DNA of 15,934 nucleotides, taken from a virus. Taxonomy: Duplodnaviria; Heunggongvirae; Uroviricota; Caudoviricetes. Below, one piece after another: positions 1 through 7,043 of this stretch. Each line of letters opens with the position of its first letter. Positions within the stretch are counted from its first letter, which is position 1. A program made the position numbers and the translations under genes. The notes under the pieces were generated by a model that saw only the letters and a list, made by a program, of their open reading frames with translations, did not search any database and was not told where the DNA came from. The DNA lies in IMG/VR virus record IMGVR_UViG_2529292919_000020; one strand, 5' to 3'.

Positions 1-1230
1 ATGAGCAGAGCACTTAACAAACTGAGCGATACACAGCTGAGGAAAATCAACGGCACACCCGCCCAAAAAACAGCCTTTCTTAATGACGGTGGAAACCTGA
101 GCGTCAGGCATTCAACCAGCGGCCTTTTAACCTGGTATTTCACTTACAGGGCCGGAACGGGAAGGGGGGCACCACCGGAACGCATTAAGCTGGGAAATTA
201 TCCTGATCTGAGCCTGAAATCAGCCAGGGAAAAAGCCGCCCAGTGTCGCGCATGGCTGGCTGAGGGGAAAAATCCACGTCATGAGATGAATTACACCGTA
301 CAGGAAGCGTTAAAGCCGGTAACGGTTGGCGATGCGCTCACCTACTGGCTTGAGTCGTACGCAAAGGAAAACCGTGTAGATTATGACCCACTGAAAAAGC
401 GGCTAAATAATCACGTAATACAGCACATTGGCTCTATGCCGCTGGATAAATGCGAGCTACGGCACTGGCTGGCCTGTTTTGATCGGGTGGCAAAGCAAGC
501 CCCTGTTTCCGCCGGGTTCCTGCTACAGACATGCAAACAGGCGCTTAAGTTCTGCCGGAAGCGGCGCTATGCAATCAGCAACGTTCTTGATGATATGAGT
601 GTGGCTGACGTTGGGAAAAAACCGGATATAAGCGAACGTGTCTTAAGCAATAAAGAACTGGGCGAATTATTGCAGACACTGGACAAAAAAATATTTTCCC
701 CTTACTACGTCGCACTAATCCGCCTCCTGATTGTTTTCGGATGCCGGACAGTAGAACTGAGATTATCGGAGATCGGCGAGTGGGATTTTACCGAAATGCT
801 CTGGACTGTTCCGAAGGAGCACAGCAAAACGAAGGTAGCCATATTCCGGCCCATACCGGAAGCGATACTGCCGTTCGTCACGCAGCTGGTGGAGCAGAAC
901 AGGCACACGGGCTTATTGCTGGGGGAAGTGAAACAGGAAACCAGCGTATCGCAGTACGGCAGATTGGTGCACAGGAGGCTTAAACACCCTCACTGGTCAT
1001 TGCATGACATCCGGCGCACCTTTACAACGATGCTGAACGATTTAGGCGTGGATCCTCACGTCGTGGAGCAGCTTACAGGACACCAGATGCCAGGGATGCA
1101 ACGAGTCTATAATCACTCCCGTTATCTGGATGCGAAACGCAATGCGCTGGATATGTGGACGGAGCGGTTAGGGATACTGGCGGGAGCACATGAAAACGTA
1201 ACCACGCTATCAGTAGCCAGAAGAAAATAA
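1..1230 (+). CDS. int: Tyrosine recombinase / integrase, P4-type (N-terminal arm-binding-like domain plus C-terminal catalytic domain)
   Basis: 409-aa ORF starting at ATG at position 1. The N-terminus (LSDTQLRKI...NDGGNLSVRHS...TWYFTYR...LGNYPDLSLKSAREKA) resembles the arm-DNA-binding domain of P4-like integrases. The C-terminus carries the tyrosine-recombinase signature (HDIRRTF...LTGHQ...RVYNHSRY). The ORF begins exactly at the window edge, so an upstream extension and attL cannot be assessed. Confidence 0.9.
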   Translation: MSRALNKLSDTQLRKINGTPAQKTAFLNDGGNLSVRHSTSGLLTWYFTYRAGTGRGAPPERIKLGNYPDLSLKSAREKAAQCRAWLAEGKNPRHEMNYTVQEALKPVTVGDALTYWLESYAKENRVDYDPLKKRLNNHVIQHIGSMPLDKCELRHWLACFDRVAKQAPVSAGFLLQTCKQALKFCRKRRYAISNVLDDMSVADVGKKPDISERVLSNKELGELLQTLDKKIFSPYYVALIRLLIVFGCRTVELRLSEIGEWDFTEMLWTVPKEHSKTKVAIFRPIPEAILPFVTQLVEQNRHTGLLLGEVKQETSVSQYGRLVHRRLKHPHWSLHDIRRTFTTMLNDLGVDPHVVEQLTGHQMPGMQRVYNHSRYLDAKRNALDMWTERLGILAGAHENVTTLSVARRK

Positions 1231-1286
1231 TTTTTTTCGTGTTTTTTCAGTATGCGCATACTGGATAAGCACACAGATACAACGGC

Positions 1287-1322
1287 GAACAATGTGAAAC
1301 AACGTGGAACAACCACGAACAA
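1287..1322. promoter_or_regulatory. Four GAACAA units phased at exactly 10 bp (starts 1287, 1297, 1307, 1317): candidate binding array for an AlpA/Xis-type or integrase arm-binding protein
   Basis: Direct reading: cGAACAAtgtGAAACAAcgtgGAACAAccacGAACAAg. The reverse complement shares 18 identical nt with 7335..7352 and with 14335..14352. Position is between the int stop and the alpA start. Confidence 0.5.
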
Positions 1323-1605
1323 GAGGCGAAAAAGCACACAGGTTTATAAGTGACTGATTTTATTTGTATGACTGGTTTTTTATACATTAGCGAATAACGC
1401 TTTAACGCGTGAGAAAAAAGGCGTAAAACGAGATTTTATGCCTTTGTATTAATATGAATTTAAATGATTTTATCCTGATTGTTCCTCTTTCTGTAAACCA
1501 TACGGACTCAACATTTGCCAACGCTGAATCATCCTGACACAATCAGACACAACCCAACCCAATAACCCACCCAATGACTCTTTAAGAAACAACAAAGGGG
1601 GAATT

Positions 1606-1794
1606 GTGTTAAGCACAGATCGCTTTATACGTGAAAAAGAATGTCAGCAACTTACAGGCCTGAGCCGCTCATGTCGGTATCGCCTGGAGAAGACTGGACA
1701 ATTCCCATCACGGCGTAAACTCGGCGGTCGTTCCGTTGGCTGGTCTTTATCCGAAGTTCTGGCATGGAAGGACAGCCGCGAGGCAGTTCACTAA
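1606..1794 (+). CDS. alpA: AlpA-family (Xis/Vis-like winged-helix) transcriptional regulator
   Basis: 62-aa ORF with GTG start preceded by a strong Shine-Dalgarno (AAGGGGGAA). The motif ...CQQLTGLSRSCRYRLEKTGQFPSRRKLGGRSVGWSLSEVLAW... matches the AlpA pattern (L-TGLSRST-YRL---G-FP-P-KLG-R-V-W---EV--W). Confidence 0.85.
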   Translation: MLSTDRFIREKECQQLTGLSRSCRYRLEKTGQFPSRRKLGGRSVGWSLSEVLAWKDSREAVH

Positions 1795-2057
1795 TCAGGC
1801 TGGCGGCGCACCGCCGCCACCCATCCACTAACACAGAGATCTAACCATGAATACTGGATATACGCCCGAACAGGGGCGGGGCTTCGTTCGTCCTGGTGAA
1901 ACTAAAAAGCCATGTTATCGGGTATTTTCAGGCATAAAAAAAGCGGCCCCGATAAGGAACCGCCTTTCGGAACAATTAACCTGCTGCGAAAAAAATGGAT
2001 CAGTGCAGGGGAATTATATCAACCGTGTGGCGAAGCGCCACAATTGCCGGATAACAG

Positions 2058-2088
2058 GCAAAACAAAGGCGACCGCAAAAGGGTCGCC
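2058..2088 (-). terminator. Rho-independent terminator for the leftward small-gene pair
   Basis: Perfect 7-bp stem GGCGACC/GGTCGCC (2068..2074 and 2082..2088) with a 7-nt loop. On the minus strand it is followed by TTTGTTTTG. It lies about 67 bp downstream of the minus-strand ORF ending at 2155. Confidence 0.5.
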
Positions 2089-2154
2089 AGTGGGAACAAG
2101 GGAAAACAAAAGCATCACCAACAATGCCACATTTGCGGCTGGTGGGCAATGCAA

Positions 2155-2343
2155 TCAGTCTGGTTCAGTTCGTTGCCATACCTGCAATGAGCGCTTTTCC
2201 CTGTACTCTTTAAGGAATTGCTCAAGGGCAAAAGCACATGGCGCGAATCTTTCTGATTCATGCTCTATCTTTCTGCGTCGTCTTTTCCGTGTCGGTGATA
2301 ATGTTTTGGTCAATTCTTTATCGGTCATTGTGTTGTCCTGCAT
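2155..2343 (-). CDS. Hypothetical small basic protein (57-62 aa), second gene of the leftward pair
   Basis: ORF-track ORF (MQDNTMTDKELTKTLSPTRKRRRRKIEHESERF...). An AGGA lies 8 nt upstream of the second in-frame ATG, so the true start may be at 2328. It sits 42 bp downstream of the RHH-like ORF on the same strand. No recognisable family. Confidence 0.4.
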   Translation of the reverse strand: MQDNTMTDKELTKTLSPTRKRRRRKIEHESERFAPCAFALEQFLKEYREKRSLQVWQRTEPD

Positions 2344-2385
2344 AGCAATGCGCCGTAATACCTTACACCACGGCGCTGGTGATGG

Positions 2386-2565
2386 TTATTCCTGCTCTTT
2401 GGCCTTGCGACGCTGGCGGTATTCAACTTCTCGCTTTAATGCTGCTGTTACAAACTGCCCTGTACTTTCACCAGGCATTTTTACCGCCTCAACATTGTTC
2501 ATAACTTCATGCGGAACCCTTGCCGCAACTGTTTGTGATTTTGCGTTTACTGCTTTTGTTGCCAT
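2386..2565 (-). CDS. Ribbon-helix-helix-like DNA-binding protein (59 aa), candidate repressor of the divergent promoter region; not in the supplied ORF track
   Basis: Hand-translated minus-strand ORF: MATKAVNAKSQTVAARVPHEVMNNVEAVKMPGESTGQFVTAALKREVEYRQRRKAKEQE. An SD-like GGGG lies about 10 nt upstream of the ATG. The layout (N-terminal beta strand TVAARVP, helix, G-x-S/T turn, second helix) is typical of Arc/MetJ/CopG RHH proteins. It is 59 aa, so it falls below the apparent 60-aa cutoff of the track. Confidence 0.5.
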   Translation of the reverse strand: MATKAVNAKSQTVAARVPHEVMNNVEAVKMPGESTGQFVTAALKREVEYRQRRKAKEQE

Positions 2566-2613
2566 GTTGTGTACCCCTTACAAAAAACAAATGCAGTATG
2601 CAGGAAAAAAATA

Positions 2614-2667
2614 AGTGTTCAACACTTGACGTGTTTAATACCAGGGCTTAAATTGGTGTTCAACACC
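2614..2667. promoter_or_regulatory. Divergent promoter/operator region: two identical 11-bp near-palindromic operators GTGTTCAACAC (2615..2625 and 2656..2666) overlapping back-to-back sigma70-like promoters
   Basis: Rightward promoter: TTGACG (2626..2631), 17 bp, TAAATT (2649..2654). Leftward promoter on the minus strand: TTGAAC (complement of 2658..2663), 17 bp, TATTAA (complement of 2635..2640). The operators are 41 bp apart centre to centre and overlap the -35 elements. The region sits between the minus-strand RHH-like gene and the plus-strand small-ORF/replication operon. Confidence 0.45.
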
Positions 2668-2763
2668 TTACTAATGCAAGGTGCAGAAACGACGAAACCC
2701 GGCAGTGCGCTAACACTAACCGGGCTTCTAACCACCAACGATAGAAAGCGTATCGAGGTAGCT

Positions 2764-2970
2764 ATGAGAAATTATACCAGACACCCGCAAGGGCGGGACT
2801 CGTACAACCTGAATAAATACATCTGGCGTTTTATCGCCCTGAGCACGGCACAACCGCGCGTGATTACCATTGAGGCCACCAGCGAACAGGAAGCGCGTCA
2901 GCAATCTCCTGATGGCTGCGTGATGGTATTCGCTGCCCGTATTCGCCAGGGGGAAACCTATGCACAATAA
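2764..2970 (+). CDS. Small protein (68 aa), possibly of the Icd-like (P4 host cell-division inhibitor) family; family assignment is from memory only
   Basis: In-frame ATG at 2764 with GAGG 6 nt upstream. The track ORF 2569..2970 has earlier ATGs without an RBS. Sequence MRNYTRHPQGRDSYNLNKYIWRFIALSTAQPRVITIEATSEQEARQQ...VFAARIRQGETYAQ. First gene of the rightward operon downstream of the operator region. Confidence 0.5.
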   Translation: MRNYTRHPQGRDSYNLNKYIWRFIALSTAQPRVITIEATSEQEARQQSPDGCVMVFAARIRQGETYAQ

Positions 2971-3196
2971 AACCACACCGGACGCAGCCGCCGAAGCCAT
3001 CAAAACGCTGATGCACGCGCTGATTGATATTTCTGTTATCGCAGACAAGGCGCATAAGCACGCCACCAGCGAAACAGAATATGCCGGGGCTTTCGTTCCT
3101 CACTCACTGGCTCTTATGCAATTTAGTGCTGATATGGCGCTGAATGAGGCAGGCAAAATTCTTACCGCAGATATTCAGGGGGTGCACCATGCATGA
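2960..3196 (+). CDS. Hypothetical protein (78 aa)
   Basis: ATG at 2960 overlaps the upstream gene by 11 nt, with AGGGGGAA as SD. Part of a chain of overlapping small ORFs. No recognisable motif. Confidence 0.5.
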   Translation: MHNKTTPDAAAEAIKTLMHALIDISVIADKAHKHATSETEYAGAFVPHSLALMQFSADMALNEAGKILTADIQGVHHA

Positions 3197-3416
3197 TGAC
3201 CGTTATCTTAAATCAATGAGCCATGCAGAAAACGCACTGACTAACAGTGAATGTTTGAGGCAAATATTTCTTATCTGGCTTGATGGTTTAAGTGATGAGC
3301 CGGAAGATGAGCGTGAGTCTAATCTTGCTGGTGCGTTTATTTCATTACTCGATACGGTAATCGTCGAATTAAATAAAGCGATCGAAATTCACGATAAAAA
3401 AATAAACGCGGAATAA
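3189..3416 (+). CDS. Hypothetical acidic protein (75 aa)
   Basis: ATG at 3189 with AGGGGG SD. Preferred over the track start at 3144, which lacks an RBS. Overlaps the stop of the preceding ORF (3194..3196). Confidence 0.5.
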   Translation: MHDDRYLKSMSHAENALTNSECLRQIFLIWLDGLSDEPEDERESNLAGAFISLLDTVIVELNKAIEIHDKKINAE

Positions 3417-3421
3417 AAACC

Positions 3422-3709
3422 ATGAAAAATAAAAATTCTGGCTTTACTGCCAGCGGCCCCGCTCGGCCTGAAATCCGCCCCGGCGATATTTTCCGGGATA
3501 ACTATGGCGGCACGGTAACGATAAAAGGCGTGGCAGAACGGCGCATCACTTACCGCCGTGATGGCTACGAATATGACTGCGTGATGCCTGTTTATCAGTT
3601 CCGGCGTGATTTCACGCTGGTGGGCCATCGTAAAGCCGTAAATCAGAAACGTGCAGCAAGTCATATCCGCAAAATTCGTGAAATGCTGGTCGCAGGGGGT
3701 AAAAAATGA
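3422..3709 (+). CDS. Hypothetical basic protein (95 aa), translationally coupled to the replication initiator
   Basis: ORF-track ORF. Its stop overlaps the start of the downstream gene in an ATGA arrangement (3706..3709). Confidence 0.55.
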   Translation: MKNKNSGFTASGPARPEIRPGDIFRDNYGGTVTIKGVAERRITYRRDGYEYDCVMPVYQFRRDFTLVGHRKAVNQKRAASHIRKIREMLVAGGKK

Positions 3710-5520
3710 AACTGGCACCGAACGTAAAACAGCAGTTACGCGGCATAAAACACAAAGAAACAGAAGTCATTATTTTTGCGGGTAGTGATGCCTGGTCACA
3801 CGCAAAACAATGGCAGGAACATGACGCGCGTATGGCCGGAGATAATGAGCCTCCTGTGTGGCTTGGGGAGCAGCAGTTATCCGAACTGGATAAGCTGCAA
3901 ATTGTGCCGGAAGGCAGAAAATCCGTGCGCATATTCAGGGCCGGATATCTTGCGCCAGTAATGATAAAGGCGATTGGTCAGAAGCTGGCGGCGGCAGGCG
4001 TACAGGATGCAAATTTTTATCCTGAGGGTATGCACGGCCAGGAGGTGCAGAACTGGCGCGAATATCTGGCCCGTGAGCGCCAGAATCTTTCTGATGGTCT
4101 GGTGATTCAGCTTCCTGTTAAGAAAAAAACAGAAGACAGCGCCGCACCACTGGCGCTTAACCAGATGGGAGCAAGCCAGCGCGGCGAAGTTCTCCTGGCA
4201 CATTATGGCGGTGAACTGGCGATTCATGCCGACTCTGACACTGTTCACCATTACAACGGCGTTGTATGGGAGCCGATTCAGGATAAAGAGTTACAGCGTG
4301 CTATGGCGCAGATTTTCATTGATGCGGAGATCAGCTATTCGCAGAACGCCATTAAATCGGCGGTCGATACCATGAAGTTAAGTTTGCCTGTAATGGGGAA
4401 TACAGCCCGTAACCTGATTGGATTCAGTAACGGGGTATTTGATACCAGAACAGGTAATTTTCGGGAGCATAACAAAAACGACTGGTTGTTAATTGCCAGT
4501 GAATTACCTTTCAGCCCACCAGCAGAGGGGGAAACGCTGGCAACACATGCGCCGAATTTCTGGAAGTGGTTACGCCGCTCGGTGGCAGAGAATGACCGCA
4601 AGACGGATCGCGTGCTGGCTGCATTATTCATGGTGCTGGCGAACCGGTACGACTGGCAGTTATTCATTGAGGTAACAGGTCCAGGGGGAAGTGGTAAAAG
4701 CGTGATGGCGGAGATTTGCACCATGCTGGCGGGTAAGGCCAACACAGTATCGGCAAGCATGAAGGCGCTGGAAGATGCAAGGGAACGCGCGTTAGTGGTT
4801 GGCTTTTCGCTGATTATCATGCCGGATATGACCCGCTACGCTGGTGATGGCGCAGGAATTAAGGCCATTACAGGCGGTGACAAGGTGGCAATCGACCCGA
4901 AGCATAAAGCCCCCTACTCAACACGCATTCAGGCGGTCGTGCTGGCGGTGAACAATAACGCCATGTCATTCAGTGACCGCAGCGGGGGGATCTCACGTCG
5001 TCGGGTGATATTCAATTTTTCGGAGGTTGTACCGGAGAACGAGCGCGACCCCATGCTGGCAGAAAAAATAGAAGGAGAGCTGGCGGTTGTGATTCGCCAT
5101 CTGCTTACTCGTTTTTCTGACCAGGACGAAGCTAAACGCCTGCTGTATGAGCAGCAGAAATCAGAAGAAGCTCTGGTGATAAAACGCGAGGGCGATTCGC
5201 TGGTGGACTTCTGTGGCTATCTCATGTCGTCGGTAATGTGTGATGGTCTGTTAGTGGGTAATGCCGAAATTATTCCGTTCAGTCCGCGCAGGTATCTTTA
5301 TCACGCCTATCTGGCATATATGAGGGCACACGGATTCGGTAAACCTGTAACACTGACGCGCTTCGGTAAAGATATGCCGGGGGCAATGGCGGAATATGGC
5401 AGGGAGTATATAAAACGGAAAACGAAGCACGGTTTGCGTTCAAATGTGACACTGACAGAGGATTCAGAAGACTGGATGCCATCATGTGCATCGGTCACAA
5501 ATGACGACAGCAAAAATTAA
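3706..5520 (+). CDS. Replication initiator (pri-rep) with P4-alpha-like C-terminal SF3 helicase / origin-binding region; N-terminal ~200 aa of unassigned family
   Basis: 604-aa ORF with strong SD (CAGGGGG). Walker A GPGGSGKS, followed by a region resembling the phage/plasmid primase P4-family C-terminal (D5-like) helicase domain. Sits immediately upstream of an iteron array. Confidence 0.85.
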   Translation: MKLAPNVKQQLRGIKHKETEVIIFAGSDAWSHAKQWQEHDARMAGDNEPPVWLGEQQLSELDKLQIVPEGRKSVRIFRAGYLAPVMIKAIGQKLAAAGVQDANFYPEGMHGQEVQNWREYLARERQNLSDGLVIQLPVKKKTEDSAAPLALNQMGASQRGEVLLAHYGGELAIHADSDTVHHYNGVVWEPIQDKELQRAMAQIFIDAEISYSQNAIKSAVDTMKLSLPVMGNTARNLIGFSNGVFDTRTGNFREHNKNDWLLIASELPFSPPAEGETLATHAPNFWKWLRRSVAENDRKTDRVLAALFMVLANRYDWQLFIEVTGPGGSGKSVMAEICTMLAGKANTVSASMKALEDARERALVVGFSLIIMPDMTRYAGDGAGIKAITGGDKVAIDPKHKAPYSTRIQAVVLAVNNNAMSFSDRSGGISRRRVIFNFSEVVPENERDPMLAEKIEGELAVVIRHLLTRFSDQDEAKRLLYEQQKSEEALVIKREGDSLVDFCGYLMSSVMCDGLLVGNAEIIPFSPRRYLYHAYLAYMRAHGFGKPVTLTRFGKDMPGAMAEYGREYIKRKTKHGLRSNVTLTEDSEDWMPSCASVTNDDSKN

Positions 5521-5530
5521 ACTTATGGAA

Positions 5531-5760
5531 TAACTGTTCACCACTGTTCACCCTGTGATAAATATCTTTTATATCAGTACATTATAGGGTGAACAGTTAT
5601 TTGTGAACTGTTCACCAAACTATTCACTGTTCACCTTTTTGATTATTTATTGAGCTTTAAGGGTGAACAGTGGTGAACAGTTGGTGAATAGTTTTTGTGA
5701 AACTGTTCACCCCTTAACATTATGAATAAAAAGGGAAAATCTCAAAAGGTGAACAGGTGA
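5531..5760. repeat. Replication origin iterons: about ten copies of CTGTTCACC / GGTGAACAG in both orientations, with an adjacent AT-rich tract
   Basis: Forward copies start at 5534, 5545, 5608, 5627, 5703. Inverted copies start at 5588, 5662, 5672, 5748, plus a degenerate GGTGAATAG at 5683. Neighbouring copies are 10-11 bp apart. AT-rich AAAAATTTTATTTTATT at about 5774..5790. The core TGTTCACC is the octamer I recall as the alpha-binding iteron of P4 ori1/crr. Confidence 0.8.
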
Positions 5761-5853
5761 AGGGTTAAAATGCAAAAATTTTATTTTATTGCTGTGAGGT
5801 AAAGCCTGTGACAACGAAGCACGCAAAAAAAACCACAATCTCACGCCCTTGAT

Positions 5854-6054
5854 TTGACAGAACACTGGCTGAGGGTGGCGATAAAAATCATCGACCGCAA
5901 CGCGGGAGAAGGGTACGCAAAAGCACATCCCGAACTGATAAGCGCATTCATGACCACGGCGGCGGCAAACTTTGCCACGCTGACAGAACGGGAGATTGCC
6001 GAAGCGGAACAGGTGACAACCATCAACGTTAAAACCGGAGAGCAGACAGCATGA
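5854..6054 (+). CDS. Hypothetical small protein (start uncertain: TTG at 5854 or GTG at 5875)
   Basis: ORF-track ORF. Its stop overlaps the SSB start (ATGA at 6051..6054), suggesting coupling. No convincing RBS and no recognisable motif. Confidence 0.35.
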   Translation: MTEHWLRVAIKIIDRNAGEGYAKAHPELISAFMTTAAANFATLTEREIAEAEQVTTINVKTGEQTA

Positions 6055-6476
6055 CAGCACAGATAGCGGCTTACGGGCGGCTGGTGGCTGACCCGCAGTT
6101 AAAGACCACCAGCAAAGGGACACAAATGGCGATGGCGAGTATGGCGGTTCCCCTGCCGTGCAGCCAGGCAGATGACGGAACGGCGACGATGTGGTTATCT
6201 GTCCTGGCGTTTGGCAGACAGGCCGACGCACTGGCAAAACACCACAAAGGCGAACTGGTGAGCGTGGCGGGTAACATGCAGGTGGGCCAGTGGACAGGCC
6301 AGAACGGGGAAACGCAGCGGGGCTGGCAGGTTATTGCAGACAGCGTAATCAGTGCGCGAACGGCGCGACCGGGCGGCAAAAAAGGTCAACAGGGCCAGGC
6401 CACTGACGCACTGAACAGGGCAAAACAACAGACAAGCCAGCACGATGACCCGTACGGGGATAACATACCGTTTTAA
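6051..6476 (+). CDS. ssb: Single-stranded DNA-binding protein (SSB)
   Basis: 141 aa. The N-terminal OB-fold region aligns by eye with E. coli SSB (WLSVLAFGRQADALAKHHKGELVSVAGNMQVGQWTGQNGETQ versus [42 protein letters not shown]). Gln/Gly-rich linker and C-terminal tip ...DDPYGDNIPF resembling the SSB ...DDDIPF tail. GGAGAG SD upstream. Confidence 0.85.
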   Translation: MTAQIAAYGRLVADPQLKTTSKGTQMAMASMAVPLPCSQADDGTATMWLSVLAFGRQADALAKHHKGELVSVAGNMQVGQWTGQNGETQRGWQVIADSVISARTARPGGKKGQQGQATDALNRAKQQTSQHDDPYGDNIPF

Positions 6477-6512
6477 TTCACAACAGCGAACAGAGTAATT
6501 ACAGGGGAAGGC

Positions 6513-7043
6513 ATGACAACGCTGACCATTAACCGGAAGCCGAAAGGCATTTACGGCACGCCGCAGAAAACGACGCAGGCGGCGCAAGAGCAGGATAAAA
6601 CCACATCGGCGCATAAAGTGATACCCGGCAATCAGAACGCACAGCAGAAGCCCACAGGGGCGACACCGTGGCAGCATATGACCAAAAGGCAGCGCAAAAA
6701 CCGCCGACGCGTTAACCGCCTCACTGAGATGTGGCCTGACTTATTCAGCCATAAAGCACCGAAGCCGCTTAAGGTGGGGATATTCGACGACCTGATGCAG
6801 GATATCGCCGTCAGGGGGCTGGCATTCGGGCCGGGGGTATTACGTGCGACGCTGGCATCCTATGCGCAGTCTCCGCGCTATTACCGCGCCCTGATAGCTG
6901 GTGGCGCACGTTACGACCTGAAAGGCCAGCCATGTGGGGAAGTGACACCACAGGAACAGCAGGAGGCAGAAACACGGCTGATGGTGCTGAATGAGAAGCA
7001 CAAGCGCCAGCGCCGGGCAGCAAAGGGGGATACATGCCAGTGA
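6513..7043 (+). CDS. ProQ/FinO-domain RNA-binding protein
   Basis: 176 aa with strong SD (GGGGAAGG). ...WPDLFSHKAPKPLKVGIFDDLMQDIA...LRATLASYAQSPRYYRALIAGGARYDLKGQPCGEVTPQEQQEA matches the ProQ N-terminal / FinO fold signature (PLKIGIF-DL ... LR-AL--Y--S-RY ... R-DL-G-PCGE). Confidence 0.8.
   Translation: MTTLTINRKPKGIYGTPQKTTQAAQEQDKTTSAHKVIPGNQNAQQKPTGATPWQHMTKRQRKNRRRVNRLTEMWPDLFSHKAPKPLKVGIFDDLMQDIAVRGLAFGPGVLRATLASYAQSPRYYRALIAGGARYDLKGQPCGEVTPQEQQEAETRLMVLNEKHKRQRRAAKGDTCQ

Noticed and set aside
1652-1834. 60-aa minus-strand ORF
   Set aside because: Antisense to the alpA gene, which has a strong RBS and family motif.
2155-2565. Toxin-antitoxin pair (RHH antitoxin plus downstream toxin)
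   Set aside because: The upstream gene has an RHH-like layout, but the downstream 57-62-aa basic protein has no RelE/ParE-like features. The paired operators over divergent promoters fit a transcriptional switch better. Left as an untested alternative.
1847-2614. 255-aa plus-strand ORF spanning the alpA-downstream gap and the leftward gene pair
   Set aside because: The translation is low-complexity and Cys/Arg-rich with no motif and no RBS. It overlaps two better-supported minus-strand ORFs and a minus-strand terminator, so it is most likely a chance open frame.
4335-4820. 161-aa minus-strand ORF inside the replication initiator gene
   Set aside because: Entirely antisense to a well-supported 604-aa gene with conserved Walker A; no independent support.
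5531-5760. Possible CRISPR array, because of many short repeats
   Set aside because: The repeats are 9 bp, occur in both orientations and are 10-75 bp apart without regular spacers. This is an iteron origin, not a CRISPR array, and there are no cas genes.
5707-6237. 176-aa minus-strand ORF
   Set aside because: It runs across the iteron origin and antisense to the SSB gene. Its Cys/Pro-rich composition is typical of antisense frames of GC-rich coding DNA.
6195-6677. 160-aa minus-strand ORF overlapping SSB and the ProQ/FinO-like gene
   Set aside because: Antisense to two motif-supported genes, with Cys/Arg-rich junk-like composition.
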